A DNA stretch of 64,000 nucleotides from Chrysomallon squamiferum (taxonomy: Eukaryota > Animalia > Mollusca), in NCBI GenBank assembly GCA_012295275.1, contig CM022669.1, positions 2,046,001 to 2,110,000 on the forward strand. Direction: 5' to 3'. A program made the translations under genes and the position numbers. Position 1 is the first letter of the stretch. Each line of letters begins with the position of its first letter. The notes under the pieces are model-generated. The model worked only from the letters and a program-made list of their open reading frames with translations. It was not told where the DNA came from and made no database searches. Below, piece after piece: positions 41,151-62,696 of this stretch.

Positions 41151-43269
41151 GCATGCATGTATGTATGTATATATATGTGTGTGTGTGTGTTTGTTTGCGT
41201 GTGTGTGTGTGAATGCCTGTACAGATTGAGAATTCATAATTTCTTTTAGCTTAATTACCCAAAATGTCAATAAAATAAATGATTCTGACTGGATGATTAG
41301 AAAATCATATTCATTAAATACCTTTTGACCGTGATCTGTATTTTTTTTCAGCTACAGGCCATTTGATTTGTTCTGCTGATATTGAATCCTGAGCTGAAAA
41401 TTAAATAACATAGTTTTTATTTAATTCTTTTTTTTTATGTAATAAATATCTTAGCGTTTATATATATGAGTGTTCATATTTTAGCATACGTATATGAAAT
41501 ATTCAAATTACTGAGAATAAAATTTCTAATTATAAAAATATATTCATACTAAACAACAACAACTATAACAACACTTCTAAATAGAGAACAAATGAATTAT
41601 TAAATTGTAACTAAAGAGAATAAATCAAATGACGTTAGACCTTTTCCTGATAATTCTGACAAAATACAAAACTGGCTAGAAACGGTGTAAGACAGAGAAA
41701 TTACACATGAAAGTCTAACAAACTGAAAATATTTTGTCAAAATGTAAACAAAGTTTAATCCGCGAAAATCTGTTGACTTTTCCTGACGTCATCCGCTCTT
41801 GAAAATATCCGACAATTTTTGTAGATGGATGGGAGGGTTCACAACCGGATATTGACAAAGCAGACTTAGGAACGCGAACAAAGAATAACTTAGCAGATGA
41901 CAATTTCAACTGTTTTTGTGACAAACCAGTCTTAATTAGTTAATACTGGAAACGACTTAGAATTTATATTTGGCTATGGTTATTTTAAATAGTTTTTAAT
42001 TTCTTATGTAAACCAGTTATTATTACAAAGTTGTTTGTTGTAACTATGTTGATTTATTAATTAGTCTAGCTACCAAAATATGGAAACAACTGGAGACACA
42101 TAACTCAGGGCTGAATTAATTCACATTTTATTAACTGACGAATTCAGAACTATGTTTTACTAGGTAAACAGAAATGTATATTACTGGACTGATATTGTTT
42201 CCTTATTTTAAATCTGAATGACATGTTGGCTTAGGCAAAGCGAGACCTAATGTAAGTAAAAGGTCATTTTTAATAAATGATAAGAGAAAATAAACGAATG
42301 AAACAACTCTTCATACACGGAGATTTTTGTCGAACTTTGTTAAAATATACGATTAAACCCGCTCTAAATTCGGTATCTCTTAAGGAGTATTCAAATTTTG
42401 AATCGGGACTATGTGGCAGCATTTCCCAGTACTGAGATACGCTTTTCCATTTATAGTCATTATAAATACACTAACCTTCGTCCACTTCCTCAGGTATAGC
42501 GCATTGTCTGATCAGCTCGCGTGGGGCGTTATACCCCATTTTACACAAACTGAAGTTTCTGCAAATAAATAAATAATAGACATTTAATGATAACAAGACC
42601 TATACCGTAGATAGATGATTAATTTTGTTTCATAAGAATGAAAGTTATAAATGGTGATATTAAAGATGTTGATTCCAAATTTAAATGGAAACAGGAACTG
42701 CTGTTACAATTATTTGTAATGTCAAAATATTCAAAGATCATATATTTTTAAAACTTTTGAAACATATGTACTTTAATTACAAAGCTAAGATACATTTTGT
42801 TTTTAAAAGAATAACAGAAATGTAGAATAATTTATGCTTTTTAAGTAAGGATTTCAGGAGCATGTCAATCTCAATGCTGATTAATGTTATGCGTTCAACT
42901 AAAACGAACATTATTCTTTTCTTTTCTTTCTTCCTTTCTTTTATATATATTACTACTTAATATACTGTAGAAGCACAAGGATACTGTAATATAAATCTGA
43001 GATTATATATTTTAAATATTTATACATAATCTGGGATTGTCGGAATATAATAATTATCTAACTAACTAACTAAATAATAAAAATAAATAAATAAATGAAT
43101 AAATAAATAAATAAAAATAAGAAAAATATTTTGATGGTTCAGTATTAAGATAAGCTCTTACTGGACCTTTAATTTAATTAAAAGTTTTAAATAGAAAAAT
43201 TAAAAACAAAATTCTTACTTACTTATGCATCGGGTCTACTTCGGGATGGATTATTGGCAGTGACGACAT
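38719..43269 (-). CDS. SAXO/FAM154-like paralog B, Cys-rich (~414 aa)
   Basis: Phase-compatible GT-AG exons 43223-43269, 42476-42558, 41322-41393, 40876-40941, 40562-40633 and 38719-39623 (1245 nt). Mn-like motifs: FVGKSTYKDHY, LDDMTVYREMY, METMTTFADSF, FVGTTTFRSDF, FTTTFNDSF, YTTTTKRDF. Confidence 0.82.
39801..40484 (-). mobile_element. Internally deleted pogo/Tigger-type DNA transposon
   Basis: The ends are imperfect inverted repeats (left GTACCTTGACTTACGAGTG; right, reverse-complemented, CAGTAGTATCTTCACTCACGAGTG). The minus strand retains a Tigger-like transposase N-terminus (MDPKKVSTKDSAEKKKRMTELKYEIIERHERGVHIVD, HTH-psq type) with no DDE domain. It lies in the last intron of paralog B. 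Confidence 0.8.
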
Positions 43270-44269
43270 TTCTTTTGTCATCTATAAATAATATACTCAC
43301 ACGCACACACAAAAATCAAAAAAATCAAAAATCAAAATAATAATAATAATAATACGAAATAAACAAATAAAATGAAATAACTATAAAATATACGAAAGTT
43401 TAAAAAAAAAAAAAGAAATAAATAAAATTAAAATTAAAAAAAAAAATTAAGTATTTACTTAAAAAAAAAAGAAAACAGTAAAACAAATGTTTAAAAAAAA
43501 AAAAAAAAAGTAAAATGTGAGGGAAGCGTTTATTCTTCCAAACGCTTCCTCACATTAATATATTACGTCATTTTTCTGTGACGTCATTTATTAAACATTC
43601 AGTAATATATGAATTTGTCTCTGTGTGCGTGTTTCTCTGTTTCTCAATCCTATTATCATAATTCCAAGTTCTATTTTCAACAGTAGTTTGATTTGTTCCT
43701 AACATATTAAATTGCTCTAAATTTTTTGAATATAGATTGAACAATACATATTTTTTAACTCGACCACTTCACTTATTTCAAAATCAGTATGTCATAAGCT
43801 CTGGTATAAGTCAAATATTCTTTGTTTGATAAGTGTTATATGGCGGCCTAAAATATTAATTTACAGAAAATAGCATTATTGGTAACAATTATATTTTGAG
43901 CCCTATACTATATTCAAACTTTTTTATTATTTCAACATCGACGATGAGAACAAAAAAACAACAATGATAATAATAATAATAATAAATAATAGTAATTTAT
44001 TATTTATTTAATAACAGACGCATAATCACTAAATATAAGTACCTTTTTTTTTTTACACCGCCCTCCCTCCTCCCAGAAAAGGCTGGACTGGATAAGAACG
44101 TCTGACATGTCTATACATTATAATAGCAGTTTTATCAGACATCAACTAATACATTCAGGGCCGGATTTAGATGGCATATTTAAATAGGCAGAAATGAGAA
44201 ATTCCTGGAAGGAGCCTGTAATTAACTGTGTGTGAATAACTGAACGTGTGCGTGCCCGTATGTATTAGT

Positions 44270-44605
44270 GTAGATAGGTAGATAGATAGATAGACAGACA
44301 TTATGACAGACAGTCATATAACAGACAGAAAGACACACAGACTGTCATATAAAAGACAGAAAGACTAAAAGACAGAAAGATAAACAGATAACAAACTGAT
44401 AGACAATGAGACAAACACTTAGATTACAGATATAAAGATAGATAGATATAGATATATATAGATAGACAGACAGGTAGATATATAGACAGACAACAGGAAG
44501 ATAGACAGACAAACAGATACACTGACAGATAGACAGATAAATAGACAGATAGATAGGTAGACAGATAGGTAGATAGATATAGATAAATAGATAGCGAGAC
44601 AAACA
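44270..44605. repeat. Degenerate (GATA/GACA)n repeat
   Basis: GATA/GACA tetramer mosaic between the divergent paralogs B and C. Confidence 0.8.
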
Positions 44606-44924
44606 CACAAATTTAGTATTAATATTCAACGTAGCCAACGTTTATTTATTGTGAAATTACGAAGTCTGTTATGTAAATAAATAAGTAGATTTTTATAATG
44701 TTTTATCAAGTAATATAAACAACAGCTATTGCAATTCAAAATTTTATATTATCGTAGATATAATAAATCAACTTAAACTTGCTGACGTCAACTGTGCATT
44801 AGGATGAAGGCAGAATTATCTCCCATAGTACAGTGACATCATAACTGCTTTTTATTTTCATCAGTTATTACCGACAGAGAAGCAGTGATTCCGAAATTGT
44901 GTATTTTTACCGAAGATTTTAAGA

Positions 44925-45051
44925 ATGGCTTCAGCGTAAGATTTTGCATATAGTTAATTGACAATTAATTATTTATATAATGAATTTTTTTACTTATAAA
45001 TTTGAGAAATGCAGAAGTAACAAGTACTTTTTCTCATTTGTGAAAACAAAG

Positions 45052-45106
<55 letters not shown>

Positions 45107-46023
45107 CAACAACAACAATAACAATAATAATAATAATTATCATCATCAACAATAACATCATCATCACCATCATCATAAACACTACCACCACACCACCACC
45201 ATCATTATCATTACCGTCAGCAACTAAATTTATTCAGTTAATTATAAAATTGCATATTTCCATCTATTCTTCCTGTTATTTTTCTTCTTGTTAAAGACAA
45301 AATATATTGAATGAATATATAAGTCCTAGTACAAATCTACCTATTCTTCATGAATTCCACACCTAATTTTTCATTTATTACTCCATTCTCAACATTAACC
45401 CATTCTTCATTCAGTCCTTGCATTTCTAAACGAAAATGTATTATTTTATTATTTTATAATGAGCAGAGCGTTCGATGGAGTGAAAACGAGCTGTGAGATG
45501 AAGCTGTCCACCGAGTACAGGAAGCGATACAAGCAAAACCCAATTTGTAGGCAGAAAAATTTCAAGCCACCCCACACCACAGTAGGCGGAGATATGCCAA
45601 TGGATTCAGTTACCACAACTAGGTAATTTGAATTTTGATTCCATTTCTTATAAGCAGTAATTAATACTTGTCATTAAGTTTTGTCCTCATTATAAAGTAG
45701 TTTATCATTTCAAATTATAAAGAATTATGAACTGTTGTGAATTGTGTATTGCTACAACAATACAACATCTGCTAGTACTTATATTATTACAACTACTACT
45801 ACTACTATCTACTACTACTTCTACTACTACTACTACTACTAACAATAATAATAATAATAAATAATAATAATAATAATAATAATAATGTCACATTTACGAT
45901 ATGACCTTCTTCTTCTTCTTCTTCTTCTTCTACTTCTTCTACTTCTTCTACTACTTCTTCTTCTACTTCTTCTTCTTCTACTTCTTCGTCTTCTTCTTCT
46001 TCTTCTTCTTCTTCTTCTTCTTC

Positions 46024-46055
<32 letters not shown>

Positions 46056-46094
46056 CTTCTTCTTCTTCTTCTTCTTCTTCTTCTTCTTCTTCTT

Positions 46095-46125
<31 letters not shown>

Positions 46126-46720
46126 TTATTATTATTATTATTATTATTCAGGAAGGACTATGTTGCGCATGTTCAGGCACCGGCGTGTCAGCTAAGACCA
46201 GAACTAATTTACATCCCTCACGGTGAAACTAACATGTTGAGTTTTTACCGAAAAGAGTACAGAGGTTGGTTAACGTGTTTGAAATACACAATTATGGAGT
46301 TCTAAGTGAAAAATGATTGAGAGCTCCACAAACGTTGATTATCATATTATCTCTTTTAATCTTACGTTTTCTATTTTTTTATTTATTTATTTATTTTACT
46401 TTAAAAAACAAGAAGAAGATATTGCAAAGATTCTTTTAGTACTGTCACTTCTACTGGTTCTACTGTTGCTACTATTATAACTACTACTACTATTACTATG
46501 ACTAGTACTACTACTATTACTATTACTATTATTACTACTATTTCTAGTACTTTACTACTAACATTATTACCACCACCAAACAAATATATTCTAAAAAATT
46601 CCATTTCAGGGGCGCCAGGTGATCCTGCTAAATCAGTAAAGAAACCGGCAAAGACGTCACATTTCCCACCATTTGAAAATCAACCGACTTACAGAAGTAC
46701 GTCCTCTCTGTCTGTCTGAG

Positions 46721-46754
<34 letters not shown>

Positions 46755-46846
46755 TGTATGTATGTATGTATGTATGTATGTATGTATGTATGTATGTATA
46801 TATTGTTCAGAATATTTATTTATTTATTTTTATTATTTAATTATTA

Positions 46847-46900
<54 letters not shown>

Positions 46901-47402
46901 TTCACCGTCCCGATATTTATCTTTAAAACCTTATTAAACCGAAGACACATCCGTACCGAACTTTTACCTTGATAAAACTGTTAAACAAAAGTAAATAACT
47001 GATTATTTCTCATACTGAAACCAATAATCTTTCTGTCTAAGGCCTGAAATCGGTGTGTTTTTCACAGTTTGTTTTTGTTTTTCTCTAGGTGACTATCGTA
47101 CTTGGCAGCTGCCTAAGCGCTTTGATCGTCCAGCCGAAGTGTGGTGTCCCGCTAGTGACAATCCCGACTGGAAATCGACGACAAAGGCGTCGTACGGACA
47201 TCACTTAATCTGTCCTCGTAGAAACTACAAACCTGAGGCACATTACGTGAGGTCGGACAGTCCGTTTGATTATCGGTCCATCTACAAATCTAACTTCATA
47301 GCTCACAGTGTGACTCCGAGAAAACCTTTACCAAAGGAAGAGTACACTGGGTGTGTCGATTCGAAATACATACACAGAGATAAAAACTGTGATTATTATT
47401 AA
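44925..47402 (+). CDS. SAXO/FAM154-like paralog C (~226 aa)
   Basis: Exons 44925-44935, 45467-45622, 46152-46264, 46610-46696 and 47089-47402. Exon sizes (11/156/113/87) and phases match paralog A (11/156/116/87). Motifs: LSTEYRKRY, MDSVTTTRKDY, FENQPTYRSDY, WKSTTKASY, FDYRSIYKSNF. An in-frame ATG at 45459 is an alternative start. Confidence 0.82.
45906..46148. repeat. (CTT)n-(ATT)n microsatellite abutting a splice acceptor
   Basis: About 220 bp of CTT followed by ATT repeats, ending directly at the ttcag acceptor (46151) of paralog C exon 3. Confidence 0.95.
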
Positions 47403-47932
47403 TACATTTAGATTAATTGTCTCCAGTTCAATAGAGATCAATAGTGATTGTGGTGGAAAACAAAACATTTATTAATAATAATCATTATCTTATATCGCTT
47501 TGTCTGACATACAAATATTTGTTTGTATATAAATAAAATTAAATACAAAAATTAAACCAAAAACATAAATATTACAGCCCTGATATGATTTTATTTTTAT
47601 TATCTTTGCTGTTTATTTATTGTGTACAATATTAATTATTATTTACCTTATATTGTGGAGCTTTGGTGGTGCAAACAATTAAATATCTTAAATCAGATTT
47701 GTTTATTTACTTTAATTAATTTTTGAGGTTTCTCTCAATCTTTCTCAAAGATAAAATCTGAGAAAACATTAATGGACATATGAGGATTTACCGAGATTAG
47801 TGTTTATTACGCTTTTAGTTCAACGCAGTCCAAAATGTCACAAAAGACTGAGGGTGTGTTAAATGAAATGAATTAATTTTCTTTTCTCATCAAAGTTTAA
47901 GTATAATAATAATAATAATAATGATGATGATG

Positions 47933-47983
<51 letters not shown>

Positions 47984-48285
47984 TAATAATATAATAATTA
48001 AAAATATATACATAAATAAAACAAACCCAACCGCCAAGAAATGAGAATAAAACAACAAAAAAAAAAAAAAAAAAAAAAAAAAAAACAAGCAAAAATAAGA
48101 AAACATCCAACAAAAAAACCCCACAAAAAACAAAACAAACAGACATTTACTTCATCTTTTATTTTTGCAAGTCATTTCCATTCATGATATTCAGAAATTC
48201 AAAAAATTCTTTGGTAATTGTGATATGATTAAATTACGATGAAAACGTAATAAAATACATTTATCTTCCTGTAATATACTTTTAT

Positions 48286-48353
<68 letters not shown>

Positions 48354-48495
48354 AAGAAGAAGAAGAGGCGAAGAATAACAGTTAAAATTTAAATGGATGC
48401 AAAACATTACTGCAATTCAAAATATCTTATTTGTCAATAAATAAATAAATAAATAAATAAATAAAAATAATAAAATAAAGTGTTTCATGGATGCA

Positions 48496-50744
48496 CTACA
48501 TATCAACGTGCTTGTTAAATCTTGCAGGTTTTATTATCGATGGAAAACTCGTTTCGTAAATTGATTTATCCTCGAAAGGCCCTTCCGTTTTGTCGTAAAT
48601 GTTACATTTACTTTGAGGTTTGAAGCTTTGGCTGCGAGAAATGCTGAACCGAGGAAAGTCGCTCCTGAGTGTGGATTCCCCTTCAAACTTTGTTTCCGGT
48701 CGTGTGTACTTCTCTGTTTCTTTTGATTTTGATACTTGTTTCGGCAGCTGCCTTTCAATGAATTCAGCTAAACAAAATGAGTAATTATTACGGTGGGGAT
48801 GATAATGACGACGATAATGAAAACAACAACAAAACTTATAACGTAACAATAACAACAGCAGAAGCAACAACAACAGAATAATGATGATGATGATGACAGT
48901 GATTATAATTATAATATATACCTTTATACAAGGGTTCAGCCACAAATTTGGTCTTTTCTCGTTTAAACACTATCTTTGATATAGGTTTCACAGGTTGTCT
49001 TCGTGACCCAGGTGTTCCTGTAAATCAGTCAACAATTAATTATAAAGAAATAAAAAATAAATCAATCAGTACATGAAATTTTTCATTAATTCATTTATTC
49101 GTACACATTTACATACATGTATATTGACACAAACAAAAATACATATATGCCATACATACATACATATACTTACATACCTACATACAAAGATACATACGTG
49201 CATACGTACGTACATACATACATATATATATACAACATATATATACCTACCTACCTACCTACCTACCTACCTACCTACCTACCTACATACATACATACAC
49301 ACACACACACACATGATAGTACTTTCCATATACTTTTCCATTTCATATAACTGTTCATTAAGTTCCATAGACCGTGCGACAGAAGCTGGAATAGTAAATT
49401 TGAGACTTTATGTTAACTGTAAAACAATATAGCAATCACCTAAAAACTGTTCGTTGTAGGAGGTGGTTAAGTGACGTTGTTCAGGTAGTGAGTAGTTATC
49501 TACAGGTCGCGACAGTGACGGTCTTTTCACGATGTGACTGGTGAACACTCGCCTGAAAAAGATTTTCTTTTAATATCACATTCATTTTGTGTAAATACCA
49601 TATTAAATTTTTTTTAAATAAATATTAATTTTTGTCTCGATTTCAAATTCATTTAATTTTAGTATAACACTGATGTAGACTTAACGTATTTATTTTTAGT
49701 TTCATTTTCATTTAATTAAATAATATAAACATTTTCTCTTTGTATTTATTAAACGGATTTTTTTTTTTTTTTTTTTTTTGTATCATTTATACCTGTTAAT
49801 GCAAGAGCAACGATGTCAGTGTTTGCTAAGAGAAAACAAAAATTGATTTCTTTTGAAAACTTTGATAACTAAAATGAGATTAGATAGCTCTAATGTTTTG
49901 TTTTGTTTTGTTTTTTAAATATTTTACGCAGGAGCAAACAACAAATCGAAGCAATAAATATTCAGTAAAAACTCTGCTGATAAAACAAACAATTTTCGGA
50001 TTTCAATCAACAGTGTGACCTGCATTTACCGTACGTCTTCGATTTCTTCTCTGTGCTGTGTTACCAGTTTGACATTTTTCATTGATCGAAGTAATAACGA
50101 AATTTCAGCTTGTATCAAACCCTACATTGTATAAATGTTTGCTTTGTACTAGACTGAATTGCATTAATCGAGTCTTTGCTGCACACCTGTCATTTATGAT
50201 CGAATGTAATACTTTTACTTGTTTGGAGGCAAGAATCGATGAAAACGTTAATACAAATGTTACAGGTACCGGACCAATTATCCGGCGTCCTAAAATCCGG
50301 AAAGACCAGAAAACCGGAAGTTTTTTCCCGACGCTATTTTCATAGTTCGCGCGCGCGCTCACAAGACCGGAACTACTCTTTCAAGCCGCGTGGCGTTCAT
50401 TCACTCGCCGCATTGTTTACGTGTCGAGTCGCCACAGTTGTGTATCGTTAATTTTCTTTATGTTTTTAATTTTTGAATGTTTATGCCTAATTATTTACGT
50501 ATTTAGATGCCTTGGTACCAGAAAACCGGAAAATCCAGAAATCCGGAATGCCTCAGGCCCCAAGAAGTTCGGATAATTTGTTCGGGACCTGTATACTATA
50601 TTGTAACAGTAATCGACTGGTTTACCTGTTTGTAGTAATATCATCTATGTGACCATTTTTCTCGATGAACTGATACGGTGGTTTAAGGTTTTTGAGTGGT
50701 GGAACATACATATACTTGTACTGATTTTTATATTCACTGCCCAT
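48496..50744 (-). CDS. SAXO/FAM154-like paralog D (>=199 aa)
   Basis: Exons 50626-50769 (ATG at 50744; MGSEYKNQY...IDDITTNR), 49440-49552 (LTTSYNEQF), 48922-49017 (FVAEPLYK) and 48496-48767 (FEGESTLRSDF, FEDKSIYETSF). Intron positions and phases are the same as in paralogs A and C. The true first exon may lie further upstream. Confidence 0.78.
50263..50591. mobile_element. MITE (Tc1/mariner-pogo superfamily type)
   Basis: TIRs CAGGTACCGGACCAATTATCCG and (reverse-complemented) CAGGTCCCGAACAAATTATCCG are flanked by TA on both sides. The 329-bp element has internal AAA(T/A)CCGGAA repeats and no transposase, and sits in an intron of paralog D. Confidence 0.85.
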
Positions 50745-51946
50745 TTTGGCCACACGAAGAAAAACCAACCTGAAGTAGTAAAATATTTTGAAAAAAAAAA
50801 AAAAAGATTAAAAAAAACAACAAAAAAAAAAAACCACAAATAAAACAACAACAAAAGAAAAACACGAAACGTTCAAAAAGCGAACTGAAACTTTAAAAAA
50901 AATACGATCATATGTCAGTTTAGCAAAACATAGTATTCGAAAAGCAATATGAACTTATGACGTAAAATATGTGCTTATAATATGCATTATTCTGAAATCA
51001 AGACCATTTGAAGTATTTTTCTTCTTTGATGAAGTAGCTGTAAAATACAACTTTCCTACATGGTATATAGATATTATTTGGTAGGTAATTTTAGTAAACA
51101 TATTAGCTGTTCAGCTCTTGTTTATATATTACTTGTTACTTACTAAGTGATAAAAACAGACAACTTAATTCCATTCTGGAAAATTTCTGAATTTGTGTCT
51201 TCGCCAGTTTGTTTGTTTGAATTTGTAAATATATTATGAAATAATTATTCTGAATTTGGATAAATGGACCAAAGTTTGTTTTAGAAATTAGGAAAAATTC
51301 ACAGTATCGATTTTCCCAGACTGACGTTGCGTTAAATTGTTTACTTACTTCACGAACTCGAAACGCCTACGTGTTAACTAACTGTTTACGTCATCTATTT
51401 TAGTAATCGATTTTGGATTTAATTATTTTGGATAATATTTCTATTATTTCAAAATAAGTAGCATTTAAAGACTAAAACTTTTAACTACTATTTGTTTTTG
51501 TTTTTTTCACCTAGAAATCAGAAATGAAATAAAATTAAATTAAATTAAAAACAACAATTCATCGCTAGTTCCTATTGTTTATAATTATACTTACGACGTC
51601 TTTTATAACAAAGTACAAATATGTGGCGGCGTTACTAAATAAACAGATCTTCCTTTCTTTCTGCCTGACTGTTTATTTTTCGTTCAATTTTCAGGATTCC
51701 TGTGAAAGTTATGTACAAATTATCTTGTAGAATATTATTTATTATAAGAATAATTATTATATTTGTAAACAACTGTCAAACCTTATGAAGCTGATCCGAA
51801 ACCTATTGTTGTCTTGTGACGTAACTATTGCATGGGAGGTAACTGATTCTCACAATTTTAATTTAGCAAAAACGTTGTAACAGAAATGTATTAAAATGTA
51901 GCTGAAATAAATATATTTTTTTAATTTCTATTCTTAGTTGATTTTA

Positions 51947-51984
<38 letters not shown>

Positions 51985-51995
51985 TTTTCTTTTTA

Positions 51996-52055
<60 letters not shown>

Positions 52056-53617
52056 AATCTACTTTGGTATGCGATCTATGCGCTTATTTTAATTATTATT
52101 TTGCTTATTCTTGTTTTTTAAAATTATTTTTCACGGTATGAATGAAATAAATTTTCCTTTTATTATATATTTATATAAACCGAATAATTTTGTCGATGAA
52201 TTTAGGGAGCATCTGCTAGAACTGCATGAAAAAGATCTTCAGTATTCTTCCTCATCTGTAGCCACAGAAATAATCAAGGTGTGATTGGAAGGTTCTTTGG
52301 TTCTTCATTCCTCTCATCTTTTTCAAAATACAAATTTTCGAATCCAACCAGGTTCTTTCAGTTGCTATTTCTTCGTAAAAATGGAAGTGCCTTCACCTCG
52401 TCGCTGATCGCGTAAAAATCTGTAGCCAGCATCTTAGGGGTTCTTTAGAAACTGAAAAGTAAATGAACAAGTAAAATCACAGAGTAGATGAACTGCCAAA
52501 TTGTATATCTATTCAGAAAAGCTAGGTAGTTCTACTGTATTATTTTACCTGCCTGCTATAGCCCCCACTTTTTTTTTTTGCTGTAGGTCTCCCTTTAAAT
52601 TATAGATTACACGCCAGAGAAGTTTCACGACGCGTCAATATTTCTATCAACTTTTTAATATTTTTATTTTTGAGTATTTAATAAACGAGTAAGACTTAAA
52701 TTATAAGATTTCCTTAAAATAAACAAATAAATAATGCGTTGCGCAAGCCCTTGTGTATGAGACTGCAAATCAATAGGATAATATTACTTTCTATATATAG
52801 TAACTTGGGTTCAGAGCTTTGTTCGAAATCAAGATCATGATTTGGTGAGATGAATTGAATTTAAACATTTTAGATGACCTCTGATCTAGCAGAAGAAAAA
52901 TAATCGTAGGAAAATATCGAGCAAAACTTCATATGCAAGGCGTAGATCTGATATTCGAGATCACTTGATTATACCTCCCTGTGTCCATTATGTCAGTGAC
53001 TACTTGTTTTACAAAGGCTGTTAAAATACACACGCTATCTTACGACTGATTAATTTAATATGTAAACATGGCGAGTTAACTTGTCTCCTATCTCCTATCT
53101 GTTACTAACGTTTGTTGTCAGTTTAACATGTGTTGTATGTCCTGTAATTGTATCGACACTGACCTGTTTCAACTAAAGAAATATGAAGTCATACTGAGCG
53201 CATTTTTGTTATAATTCCAACAACTTCTGTTATATTTCTTCTTCTTCTCAATTTTATTTTACTATTGCTATTACTAATACTAATACTACTAGTTCTACTA
53301 CTGCTACTACTAATATTACAATATTTTCTGCTTTCAGACAATTCATTTACCTAGGTAAAGGAGTCTCAATTATAAAGAAATACTTTGTATTAGACAAATA
53401 ATAGTAAAAATATAAATAGAATAGAATAGAATAAAATAAAATAAAATAAAATGAAATGAAACGAAATGAAGTAAAATAAAATAAAATCAATAGCAAAAAC
53501 ACTATAATTACTCTACCATCTGTCGCTATGAGATAACAGAATGTCATCCCGCACTATCGTGTACCAAGTATGTATTTTATTTTTCCAGAATAACTAAATA
53601 ACAACAACAACAACAAC

Positions 53618-53668
<51 letters not shown>

Positions 53669-53793
53669 GTAGTAGAGGTTGTAGTAATTACTGTAACAAC
53701 GACCCCATCATCAAGAACAAAACAGCAACAGTATAGCAATAATGACAGTTATTATTATTATTATTATTATTACTGATGTTGTTGTTGTTGTTG

Positions 53794-53839
<46 letters not shown>

Positions 53840-54062
53840 TTTGTTCTTCTTATTGTTGTTTTTCTTTCTTTCTTTCTTTTTTCTTTTTTAACTCTAGCTT
53901 TAAACCTACTGATAATTTTGAATGTATCTGATATTAAATGAGAGAAAAGCAGATGTTTTTTTTTCTACTTCGATCTATATCTAATACGGAGAACATTTCA
54001 TGAATACTTTGGGAAAAATATATTTGTAATAGCAATATTCAAAATCCAGCATATACAGACGA

Positions 54063-61990
<7,928 letters not shown>

Positions 61991-62653
61991 ATTTGCATAA
62001 TATATTTAATTAATTAGTTTTTAAAAAAGCACAGTAAATGTTGAAGCGTTTGTTTTGTTCGGTATGTATTTGAATTTATGATAAATGAACTACTGAGTTA
62101 ATGCAAACTAACAGGTTTTTGGGAGGTGTGGTTTATGTTTTGTTTTTGTTTTTTTCATATTCTGTTTCAAGTAAGCCGCTTATTTATAACTGACCTGAAG
62201 ATAAGATAATTTCTGGGTTGTTGTATTGTCTTGCTCCAGGTTCGAAGGTCATAAACTGCCGAAAGATTACAACATTTAATAAAAAAATGTATTAATGAAC
62301 ATTTTGAGATATCGTGGAGGTGTTCGACAACAGTTCAGTTTAGTTCGATTGAACTTTATTTAATTACTCGTTTTGGGGTTTTTTTTAGTATGACTGATTT
62401 CTAAATTCATTTGTCAAAAAATAACGACTTTATTTCGTAAATTAATTTAAAAGTAGTGTCACAAGCAACTGTAATACAGGGTAATACTGTCATACGTTTT
62501 TTCAGTAACAAAGTAATAATCTATTAGCACAAAAGTACATGTTTCATTTGCTACAAAAATGACGTAAGTAGCAAAACGCAGAGTCAGGGTCGGACTCGAG
62601 ATGGAGAGATTTAAGTTCAAATCAGAGCTTTAAATCTGGTAGATCCAGGTAAA

Positions 62654-62696
<43 letters not shown>

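Noticed and set aside
45885-46305. Poly-Leu/poly-Phe ORFs (and similar poly-Y, RE, SL, CV and HT ORFs elsewhere)
   Set aside because: These are translations of microsatellites. Only 46152-46264 is a real exon.
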